A stretch of 64,000 bases of DNA from assembly GCA_963817955.1 (NCBI GenBank), contig CAWFQK010000001.1:320001-384000 (forward strand). The letters are read 5' to 3'. The position numbers and the translations under genes are program-made. The DNA comes from an uncultured Gemmatimonadaceae bacterium. GTDB taxonomy: Bacteria; Gemmatimonadota; Gemmatimonadetes; Gemmatimonadales; Gemmatimonadaceae. Of this stretch, positions 10,435 to 18,267 are shown in pieces (within the stretch, counting starts at the first letter, position 1; each line of letters starts with the position of its first letter). Under the pieces are notes generated by a model. The model saw only the letters and a list, made by a program, of their open reading frames with translations, made no database searches and had not been told where the DNA came from.

Positions 10435-10668
10435 GTCGGAGGCCAGAAGCCGCGGCGAGAGCACGTTGCGCCGCGCCCGGGAGCCTGACGCCATTGCCGG
10501 TCGGTGCGGCGTGGATTGGGTTGTGGGTGTTGACCTGCTGGTTGTCGCTGGCTGCTCCGTACCCGTCGGCCCACCGGTCGGCGAGTTTCGAGTTGCCAGT
10601 TGTGCGTTGTGAGTGTCCCGTGTCCCCTATACGCGCTTCCCTCTGCGCGTCTCTGCGCCCGGGCGGTC

Positions 10669-10707
10669 AAAAACAAGCCGTCCGGCCCTCGAGACGCCCG
10701 GGACGGC
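10669..10707 (-). terminator. Putative intrinsic terminator of the bacilliredoxin gene
   Basis: GCCGTCC..GGACGGC stem followed by TTGTTTTT on the minus strand. Confidence 0.6.
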
Positions 10708-10735
10708 AAAGCCAGTCGGCCGCAACCCGTCATAC

Positions 10736-11173
10736 TTACGACGCGCAGTACCGATTGAACGCGTTCACCAGGTCGTGCGCGATCTCCTCTGGGGGACGAC
10801 CCTCGATCTGCCAGCGCTCGAGCATGAAGACGAGCGCACCGTCCTTCATCAATGCGATCTGCGGCGACGATGGCGCATAGCCCGTGAAATAGCTGCGCGC
10901 TCGTGCCGTCGCCTCGGCGTCCTGCCCGGCGAACACAGTCGTGAGCTGATCCGGCTTCACGGGATTCCCGAGCGCGATGGCAACGGCCGGACGCGCCATG
11001 CGCGCCGAGCAGCCGCACACGGAGTTCACCGCGACCAGAGTCGTTCCCTTCGTATTCTTGAGGGCGGCATCGACCTCATCGGCCGTGCGCAGCTCCTTCA
11101 GACCGAGTCGCGTCAGGTCCTGACGCATGGGCGTGAGAAGTCGTTCGTCGTACATCTGCTGTGGAAGACGCAT
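10736..11173 (-). CDS. BrxA/BrxB family bacilliredoxin
   Basis: NSVCGC.A..ARP, TVFAGQD.EAT..AR and PSSP.IAL.KDG motifs. Confidence 0.92.
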   Translation of the reverse strand: MRLPQQMYDERLLTPMRQDLTRLGLKELRTADEVDAALKNTKGTTLVAVNSVCGCSARMARPAVAIALGNPVKPDQLTTVFAGQDAEATARARSYFTGYAPSSPQIALMKDGALVFMLERWQIEGRPPEEIAHDLVNAFNRYCAS

Positions 11174-11202
11174 ATGCTGATGTTTCGCCTGGAAAGTGCG
11201 TG

Positions 11203-11562
11203 CTATTCGTCGCGTACGAGTGCAAGAATTGCCGCTTGAGGCACGACGAGATAGCGGTCGCCTTCGAACGTGATCTCGACGGCAGCCTTGCGAAAGAACA
11301 GTACATAATCGCCGGTGCGCGCCTGCATGGGAACGAACCGCGTCGCCCGCTCTGGCGTGCGCCAGGGCTCGTCGGACAGCGAGTCCGGACTCGGCATGGG
11401 CAGACCCGGACCGGTCGCGACGATCCTGCCGCCCTGCACTGCCTGATTGTCGATGGCTGTCGGCGGCAGGTAGAGGCCGACGTTCGTACGCTCTTCGCCT
11501 TCCTCGACGCGCACGAGCACGCGGTCGCCGACCACGATGAGCTCTCTGTCTCGCTTGATCAT
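11203..11562 (-). CDS. Co-chaperonin GroES family protein (standalone)
   Basis: GDRVLV, RT..GLYLP, G.IVATGPG, YLVV...ILA; start taken at MIKRD. Confidence 0.88.
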   Translation of the reverse strand: MIKRDRELIVVGDRVLVRVEEGEERTNVGLYLPPTAIDNQAVQGGRIVATGPGLPMPSPDSLSDEPWRTPERATRFVPMQARTGDYVLFFRKAAVEITFEGDRYLVVPQAAILALVRDE

Positions 11563-11689
11563 TGGTGCTCCGAAATCAACGCGTGCCTGGTCCCCTGATT
11601 CGCTGAAAGATACGCTCAGACAGAGGTCGGCACGAGCGGCGGAGCTCAGAGCCAGGCGACGCCGATTGCCAGCGGCCCGATACAGACTG

Positions 11690-11825
11690 AGAGGCGGAGA
11701 GGAGTGACAGCGGGATGGCCGACTGTAGATCCTCGGCACACCCCGCTGACCCTCTTACCCCGGAACGCCGGCCTGCCCCCACCCGGACCCGCACGACGTT
11801 CGCGAAGCACTGCTTGGTACTACCT
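11690..11825 (-). ncRNA. Putative small RNA (or long groES leader)
   Basis: Starts just downstream of the promoter-like motif at 11832-11854 and ends in a long hairpin (CAGCGGG..CCCGCTG, 11701-11754); no convincing ORF. Confidence 0.35.
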
Positions 11826-11831
11826 CCAAAG

Positions 11832-11854
11832 GACACGCGGCTGCGTGACCACCC
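11832..11854 (-). promoter_or_regulatory. Putative ECF promoter, copy 3
   Basis: GGGTG-gtcacgcagccgc-GTGTC. Confidence 0.5.
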
Positions 11855-11862
11855 CTACGACA

Positions 11863-12348
11863 TCAACCAACCGTGACTGTTCCTGCCGTGGAATCGTACA
11901 CGGCCGAATACGACGTCATATCGGATGTCGGCTGACCACCAATCCAATGGCCGTTCTTGTCGAACGTGGCGCCATGATTTGGGCAGAAGAAACCGCTACC
12001 CGTGGCGCTCAACGTACCCCCCGCGTGCGGACAGATGCGCGAGAAAGCAGAAAAAGCCGTGCTTCCCTCGCGCACGATCGCGACCGGGACGCCGTTAATC
12101 GATGTCGTCGCGACACCGCCGACACTCGTCAGCGCCGGGAAGTCGGAAATCTTGAGAATTGTGGTCGGCACCGTTGTGCCGGTCAGGTCTCCCGGTGCAC
12201 ATGCCGCGAGAGCCATGGCGGCAAGCGCGGCCGCTCCGTACGCCATGAACTCACGACGCCCCAGCAGACGCTCGCCTGATGCACTGGCACCACACGAGCA
12301 CATAGGTCCGCAGCGCGTGTCCGCCACCATCTCATCTTCTTTCTGCAT
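11863..12348 (-). CDS. Rieske [2Fe-2S] protein, Tat-exported lipoprotein
   Basis: GRREFM Tat motif, LAAC lipobox, CPHAG..CPNHG ligands; start uncertain (12348 or 12330). Confidence 0.88.
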   Translation of the reverse strand: MQKEDEMVADTRCGPMCSCGASASGERLLGRREFMAYGAAALAAMALAACAPGDLTGTTVPTTILKISDFPALTSVGGVATTSINGVPVAIVREGSTAFSAFSRICPHAGGTLSATGSGFFCPNHGATFDKNGHWIGGQPTSDMTSYSAVYDSTAGTVTVG

Positions 12349-12394
12349 CAGCAACTCCCGATTCAGTGAAGTAACGACTATTTCGTCACCAACA

Positions 12395-13312
12395 TCACTG
12401 GCAAACCAAGCGTCCGTGCGGCAACGGCAGCGTGCAGTTCTGCGTGGTGCCATTCAGCGTGATGACCACCTTGGCCGTGGCCGACCCATCATAGGTCACG
12501 ACCTCGCGCCGCGACGTCGTCGCCGGCGATTGTCCAGTGATGGTGATCGTCGCCGACATCGCGCGAATCACCGTTCCGGCCGTCGGGAACGGATGCGGGT
12601 TGGTGGACGAACGCACCGGCATAATGAGACCGGTTGTTGTGTCGCCGACGGTACGGCTTGCAGTGAATGTCCCCTGCATCGACGTGCCGGTCGTGCTCTC
12701 CGTACCACCGGACGTGCCGCTCACCGTAACCTGCGTGCTTCCTGCGGCGAGACCCGTGACCGTTCGTGTGCTTGCCTCGTTCACCGTACTCGTACTGCTG
12801 TCACGCCGCGTTGCGGTGCCCTTCACCGTTGCCGTCGAGACCACCTTGTCCGTCGTGCTGTCGATCTTCTGTTGCGCTACGCCGGCGGCTGTCGTGAACT
12901 GGAACGTGCGGGTGATCGTCAGGCCATTATGAACCGTCGGTCCGCACGTGAGGGTGCCCGCTGCGAACGCACACGCGGTATCGCTGTGGAAATCGTCACG
13001 GCCAAAGCCGTCACCGAGGAAGCCACCGCCAAGTCCGCCCCCCATGAGGCCGAGCCCAAAGCCCGGTCCGTCTCCACGGCCATCGAATCCGTGATCGCCA
13101 CCATGACGCATGAGGCCGAACCCAGGCTCGAACGTGGCGCCAGAGTCGCCGAAACTTGTCGACAGCGACCCGAAGCCGGTGGGCGTGGATGAGTACGCCG
13201 ACGCCATCGTGATCGCCAGCTGGCTGCTGGGAGCGGTGTTCGTGCCGGTATCGCTACAGGCGGTCGCGACGACAGCGGCCGCGGCGGCGCCAAGAACGAG
13301 GAATGTGCGCAT
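12395..13312 (-). CDS. Hypothetical Thr/Gly-rich beta-strand lipoprotein
   Basis: Start MRTFLVLG, lipobox ATAC, two Cys pairs. Confidence 0.75.
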   Translation of the reverse strand: MRTFLVLGAAAAAVVATACSDTGTNTAPSSQLAITMASAYSSTPTGFGSLSTSFGDSGATFEPGFGLMRHGGDHGFDGRGDGPGFGLGLMGGGLGGGFLGDGFGRDDFHSDTACAFAAGTLTCGPTVHNGLTITRTFQFTTAAGVAQQKIDSTTDKVVSTATVKGTATRRDSSTSTVNEASTRTVTGLAAGSTQVTVSGTSGGTESTTGTSMQGTFTASRTVGDTTTGLIMPVRSSTNPHPFPTAGTVIRAMSATITITGQSPATTSRREVVTYDGSATAKVVITLNGTTQNCTLPLPHGRLVCQ

Positions 13313-13347
13313 GGAGGTTGATCCCGTGATGAAGGTGACGTCCAGAG

Positions 13348-13370
13348 GACACTCGATTCCCAAGGTACCC
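13348..13370 (-). promoter_or_regulatory. Putative ECF promoter, copy 2
   Basis: GGGTA-ccttgggaatcga-GTGTC upstream of the lipoprotein gene. Confidence 0.55.
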
Positions 13371-13415
13371 TGATCGTGTCCCATCGGTACACAAAGCTTC
13401 TTTGATCGCGTCCCA

Positions 13416-13967
13416 TCAGAGTTCCTGGCCTTCAGGAAGCCAGGTTGACAGACGGAGCCGTAAGTGGCGTAGCGCTTTCCCCATCTGTGACTCTACCGTC
13501 TTAATAGAAATGCCAAGCGTGGTAGCGATTTCCGCGTACCGAAGTCCCTGGCCTCGGCTCAGCTCGAACACCTGCCGACACGCGGGCGGCAGTTCCGCGA
13601 CGGCGTCCGCGAGCGCGTCGCGGAGCTCGCCGGCAACGAGTTTCGTGGCACCCGTGGCAGCGATCGTTTCCTCGCCAACGAGCTGTGGCTCGGCACGGCG
13701 CTGCACGTTGGCATGCCGAATTTGATTCAGCGACCGGTTTCGCGCCGCCCGCAGCAAGTATCCGTGCAGAGACTCCTCGATGTGCAGTTCCCCCCGGCGA
13801 CGCCAGAGCTCGAGCATGACTTCCTGCACCACGTCTTCCGCTGATGCGCGCTCGCGCAGCAGCCCCAGCGAGAAGGCCACAAGTTGCGCGTAGTGAGCGC
13901 GGAAGATGGAATCGAATGCGGCCTCATCGCCCGACCTGAGGCGATCGAGGAGCTCGCGGTCGTCCAT
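13416..13967 (-). CDS. ECF RNA polymerase sigma-70 factor (FecI-like)
   Basis: AEDVVQE, LPPACRQVFEL, YAEIA..LGISIKTVE. Confidence 0.95.
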   Translation of the reverse strand: MDDRELLDRLRSGDEAAFDSIFRAHYAQLVAFSLGLLRERASAEDVVQEVMLELWRRRGELHIEESLHGYLLRAARNRSLNQIRHANVQRRAEPQLVGEETIAATGATKLVAGELRDALADAVAELPPACRQVFELSRGQGLRYAEIATTLGISIKTVESQMGKALRHLRLRLSTWLPEGQEL

Positions 13968-14067
13968 GTGTTCTCGACGAGGAAAGAAGGTTCCGGTTTG
14001 GCCGCTCCGTCTGTTCTCAACAACGGCATTTCCCTATACTCCCGCGACGCATACATGATCCGCATAG

Positions 14068-14090
14068 GGGTATTTGTTCGCCCATGTGTC
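14068..14090 (+). promoter_or_regulatory. Putative ECF promoter, copy 1 (possibly leaderless transcript)
   Basis: GGGTA-tttgttcgcccat-GTGTC, ending 8 nt before the FecR-family ATG at 14099. Confidence 0.55.
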
Positions 14091-14098
14091 GATAGAGC

Positions 14099-15154
14099 AT
14101 GTCCGTACACCGTTCGTCCTCCGATCCAATGAACGCGCCAGACTGGGACGCAATCGCGCGATACCTCGCCGGCGAGAGTTCGGGCGAAGACGCAGAGCGC
14201 CTGCGACGGTGGCTGGAGGACCATCCCGTCGACTGCGAGCTGGTGGAGCGTCTAAAGGATGCGGCGCACGTTGAGCCGGTTGAGGTGGATGTGGAAGCCG
14301 CACTTCGCCGCGTACATGCGCGGATGCACGAGCCCGCACCTTCGGTTTCCGTCCCGCGGCTCACGCTGCACCGTGTCGAGGCACACGATGTCCGCCTACG
14401 AGTGGCAGGACTAGTCACGGTACTCGCCGCTGCCGCCGCTGTCTTTGCGTTGATCAGACCGCGTCAGCAAGCCGTTGGATCGTCACCGGTTGCGCGCTCG
14501 TACGTTACAGCGATCGGCCGCCGAGACTCCGTGCTCCTCGCCGACGGATCGCGCGTGGTGCTTGGCCCAGACAGTCGCCTCACTGTTCCGGGCGATTACG
14601 GCACGACCGTTCGATCGGTCACACTGCATGGAGACGGCTACTTCGAGGTGCGGCACGATGCGGCAAAGCCGTTCTCCGTGCGGGTCGATCGGGCACTCGT
14701 GGAAGACATTGGCACCACATTCACCGTCGAGAGCGATGACAGCGGCTCGACCACAGTGGCTGTGATGAGTGGGAGCGTACTGCTGCGCCCGGTCGATATG
14801 CCGGCGAAGGCCGGCGCGGTGCTTGCCGCTGGAGACCGTGGATCGTTGACGCCGGACGGTACCGTGCATTCCCATCCGCGGTCCGTCGCAGACGATGCGG
14901 CGTGGACGACGGGTCGTCTAGTATTGCGTGATGCATCGCTGGCTCGTGTTGCGGGTGAGCTGCACCGCTGGTATGGTGTGGAACTACGCGTCGCGGATTC
15001 ATCGTTGTTGTCGCGGCACGTGACGGCATCGTTCAATGGAGAATCAGTGGATCGGGTTCTCGAGATCATCGGCCTCGCACTCGGTGCACGCATCGAGCGC
15101 TACGGAGACAGCGCGACCATTCATGCGATTCACGGGTCCGCTGTAGCGCGGTGA
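14099..15154 (+). CDS. FecR family anti-sigma factor
   Basis: Single TM segment; L.DGSRV.L, GDGYFEV.HD, DIGTTF, AWTTGRL. Confidence 0.93.
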   Translation: MSVHRSSSDPMNAPDWDAIARYLAGESSGEDAERLRRWLEDHPVDCELVERLKDAAHVEPVEVDVEAALRRVHARMHEPAPSVSVPRLTLHRVEAHDVRLRVAGLVTVLAAAAAVFALIRPRQQAVGSSPVARSYVTAIGRRDSVLLADGSRVVLGPDSRLTVPGDYGTTVRSVTLHGDGYFEVRHDAAKPFSVRVDRALVEDIGTTFTVESDDSGSTTVAVMSGSVLLRPVDMPAKAGAVLAAGDRGSLTPDGTVHSHPRSVADDAAWTTGRLVLRDASLARVAGELHRWYGVELRVADSSLLSRHVTASFNGESVDRVLEIIGLALGARIERYGDSATIHAIHGSAVAR

Positions 15155-17682
15155 CCGACTCGGCAAGCCGGCTACGCCGTGCACTCGGCTGCGCGTCCGT
15201 GGCGCTCACTTTGGCGCGTCCATCACTCGCGCAGTCACGTCCCTGCAGTGTTGCCCCAAGCGATCCTGCCACGGTGTCGGCAACTTTGTTGTCGTCCCCA
15301 CTCGATCGGATCATCTCGCTTCAGGCGACGGGTATCTCGCTACGCGACGCGCTCGACCGCATTGCCGCGTTGGCAAAGGTGCGTCTGTCGTACAGCGCCG
15401 AAGCACTGCCGCTCGATCGTGCCGTCTGCGTGCTGGCTGACCGCGTGGCCACCGGCCATGTACTGGCAGAGCTGCTGGTCGGCACAAATGTCACGGCGGT
15501 CGCGGCGGGAGCAGACCAAGTGGTACTCGCGCCGCGACCTCCCCGCGCAGTCACGACCGACGACATGGCGCATTCCCTCGGCGTCCTCGATCGCGTCGTC
15601 GTCACCGGGAGCGCCGTTGGCGCGTCCGAACGCGAGCTCACGGTGGGCCTCGATGTTGTGACCGGACGACAGCTCGCACGCGAGAACGCCGGCACGCTCT
15701 CTACCGCTCTCGACGGACACGTGCCCGGGGTGTGGAGCTGGGCACAATCGCCGAGTACCGTGCTCGGGACGTACGGCAGCATTCGAGGCGCAAGTTCGTT
15801 TGGACTCAGCTATCCCAAGATCTACATCGATGGAATCGAGGTAGCGAACCCACTGCTCATTAGCCGCTTCGCCCCAGATGCGATCGAGCGGATCGAGGTC
15901 ATCCGCGGTCCACAGGGATCGGCGCTGTACGGCACCGACGCCATCAGTGGCGTGGTGAACATCGTGACGCGCCACGACGGCACGGACGCCGACGGCTCGC
16001 ATACGTCGCTACGGACGACCGCAGGAGTCACCCAAAGCGCGTTCGCCAATGATGTGCTGACGCAGGACCACGCGGTGTCGTTTGCCACCGGGAGCAGCAC
16101 TCGTTCGGCGGATCTGCGCGTTTCCGCTGGAAGCATGGGCGATTTCATTCCGAACGGATATAGCCGCGATATCATGGCGAGCAGCAGCGCGCGAATCGTT
16201 GGCGCGCGCGGTACTCTCAGCGGCACCGCGCGCCTGCTCATGGAAAATGCCGGTAGTGCGATGAGTCCGCTTCTTGTCCGCCCGACGTTGTCTACCTCTG
16301 CGTCGGACACGTTGTATGAAGACATGCTGCAACGCAGCACGCAGCCGCAGTCCATTCGTGAATTCACTGTTGGGACCGCCGCGACGCTGACCCCGTCGGA
16401 GCGTTGGACACACTCGTTCGTCGCCGGAGTGGACGGATATCACCTGGCCAACGTGCAGACCAACTTCACGCCAATCCCCACGGTCGCCGACTCAGCGCTA
16501 CGCGCCGCGCAGGGCGGAGCGGCCCGCGGGACGTTGCGGGCAAGCAGCGTTTTGCATGTTCACGGTAACGACCCGACGCGAGCCACCATCACATTCTCCG
16601 CCGAGCATGCAGTTCTGCGGGAGACCGTAGCGGTGGATGATGTTACGACTACGGTGGCACATGGGGCGACGGTGGCATACGGGTCGACGCCAACGCACAC
16701 CGAGGTTGCGCAGAACGCGGTACAGTGGCAGACCAATACCGGCCTTACGACCCAGGCGAGCGGCACATGGAATAACACGCTGTTTGCCACCGGCGGAGTT
16801 CGCGTCGAACGTGATAGCCGGCTCACGGCCCCGCAGCGGACCGCGACACTGCCAATGTTCGGCGTGGCCGCCATCGAAGACTACGGTCCTCTTACCGTGA
16901 AGCTTCGGGCGGCGTACGGCAAGGGCATCCGTCCGCCATCCACCCTCGGCCACGAAGAGTTCTGGCAGCCCGCGGCGCGCTCGGCAACACAGCCTTCGCT
17001 ACGTGCCGAAGAGCAGGCCGGCACCGAAATCGGGGTCGACGTGTTCCTGCGGCAAGCGCTGGCATTCAAAGTCACGCGTTTCGACCAACGCGCCTCGAAT
17101 CTCATCCAGCAGGTCGCGATTGCGGCTGACTCGAACTATGAATCGCATCGCGTGGCATATGCGCTGGAGAATCTCGGCGAGATCAGCAATCGCGGATGGG
17201 AGCTGGAAGCATCGAGCGGCTTCTCACGGCTGACCATCTCGGGAACGTTGTCGTTCGTCGACAGCCGGGTGCAGAAGCTCGCGAACGGGTACACGGGCGA
17301 CCTGCTCACGGGTGATCGCATGCTCCAGGTGCCGGCGCGGACGGGGGCCATGAACTTCTCGTGGGTCGGCGACCACTGGTACGCGACGCTTGGCGGCTCG
17401 CGTGCTCTGGACTGGATCAACTATGACGAGCTGGCGCTGACCAATGCTTTCCTGAGCGGACGTCATACAGCGCGCGATCTGCTCGGTTTGCAGCTCCGGC
17501 AGTACTGGGGTCAGTACAACGGCGGCTTGCGTGTCCGCGCCTCGGTGTCGCGAGATCTTCTCGGCATGTTCGCCGTGGAGATCAGCGGCGACAACCTGTT
17601 GAACTATCAGCGCAACGAACCGGACAACATCACGGTGGTGCCGGGCCGCACGATCATGACGGGATTGCGCATCAAGTTCTGA
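15151..17682 (+). CDS. TonB-dependent receptor/transducer with N-terminal STN-like signalling domain
   Basis: LDRVVVTG TonB box; IERIEVIRGP.GSALYG..A.SGVVNI.T plug; C-terminal Phe. Confidence 0.92.
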   Translation: MTDSASRLRRALGCASVALTLARPSLAQSRPCSVAPSDPATVSATLLSSPLDRIISLQATGISLRDALDRIAALAKVRLSYSAEALPLDRAVCVLADRVATGHVLAELLVGTNVTAVAAGADQVVLAPRPPRAVTTDDMAHSLGVLDRVVVTGSAVGASERELTVGLDVVTGRQLARENAGTLSTALDGHVPGVWSWAQSPSTVLGTYGSIRGASSFGLSYPKIYIDGIEVANPLLISRFAPDAIERIEVIRGPQGSALYGTDAISGVVNIVTRHDGTDADGSHTSLRTTAGVTQSAFANDVLTQDHAVSFATGSSTRSADLRVSAGSMGDFIPNGYSRDIMASSSARIVGARGTLSGTARLLMENAGSAMSPLLVRPTLSTSASDTLYEDMLQRSTQPQSIREFTVGTAATLTPSERWTHSFVAGVDGYHLANVQTNFTPIPTVADSALRAAQGGAARGTLRASSVLHVHGNDPTRATITFSAEHAVLRETVAVDDVTTTVAHGATVAYGSTPTHTEVAQNAVQWQTNTGLTTQASGTWNNTLFATGGVRVERDSRLTAPQRTATLPMFGVAAIEDYGPLTVKLRAAYGKGIRPPSTLGHEEFWQPAARSATQPSLRAEEQAGTEIGVDVFLRQALAFKVTRFDQRASNLIQQVAIAADSNYESHRVAYALENLGEISNRGWELEASSGFSRLTISGTLSFVDSRVQKLANGYTGDLLTGDRMLQVPARTGAMNFSWVGDHWYATLGGSRALDWINYDELALTNAFLSGRHTARDLLGLQLRQYWGQYNGGLRVRASVSRDLLGMFAVEISGDNLLNYQRNEPDNITVVPGRTIMTGLRIKF

Positions 17683-17702
17683 CGCGCGATCCCGATGGCG
17701 GC

Positions 17703-18212
17703 CTACGGTGTGCCAACCTCGTCGGGCTCTGCATCCTCGTGCACGATCGTCCGGCGGGCCAACTGCACTACGCCCGCGAGCACCATCCCCCACACCACGA
17801 TGGACAGGCCGCGGGTGACCAGCGCGTTGAAGGCCATTCCCGCCCAGTCGTCCCAGTGCGCGCGCACCGTACCGTTGGCTTCACGACCAACGAGGATCAG
17901 GAGCGCGCTCGTCGTCATCTCCGCGGCCACTTCGATTACGGCAAATACAGGGGCGCGCCAGAGGTACTGGTGGAGCGGATAATTGGCCAGGTGTGTGGTG
18001 AGCATGCCGAGCAGAAGGATCAGGCCCAGCGCGAACGTGCTCCCCAGATACAGCCAGTTGTTGGCACCGTGCGTGAAGATGAGCAGACGATAGATGCGCA
18101 CGAGCACACCCGTCACCACTGCCATCTCCACGAGCGAAAACGAGAAGCGCCGAAACGTTCTTGGCTCCTCGAGTCTCAGCTCGAGGGTCCGTCTCGGAAA
18201 GAAAGTCGCCAT
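17703..18212 (-). CDS. Hypothetical membrane protein (4 predicted TM)
   Basis: Four hydrophobic segments; RBS-like GGGGTGAG. Confidence 0.75.
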   Translation of the reverse strand: MATFFPRRTLELRLEEPRTFRRFSFSLVEMAVVTGVLVRIYRLLIFTHGANNWLYLGSTFALGLILLLGMLTTHLANYPLHQYLWRAPVFAVIEVAAEMTTSALLILVGREANGTVRAHWDDWAGMAFNALVTRGLSIVVWGMVLAGVVQLARRTIVHEDAEPDEVGTP

Positions 18213-18267
18213 GGCTCACCCCTGTTAGACAAACGAATTGCCGAAAGGGTGGCAACGTGACATCAAA

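Larger units (their letters stand above)
9565..10626. repeat. ~1.06-kb noncoding element bounded by long imperfect inverted repeats (possible non-autonomous element)
   Basis: GGGACACGGGACAC (9565-9578) versus GTGTCCCGTGTCCC (10613-10626); 9613-9674 matches the reverse complement of 10540-10601 at 56/62 nt. Confidence 0.8.

Noticed and set aside
9785..10880. ORFs across the repeat element (RAIDPPY, ALSIRHT and PRYRSAI repeats)
   Set aside because: All frames are open because of GC-rich repeats; no RBS or protein-like composition; repeat period changes frame
11737..11760. Fourth ECF motif copy (GGGTA-N14-GTGTG, minus strand)
   Set aside because: Spacing is off by one, the -10 element mismatches, and it lies within the hairpin arm
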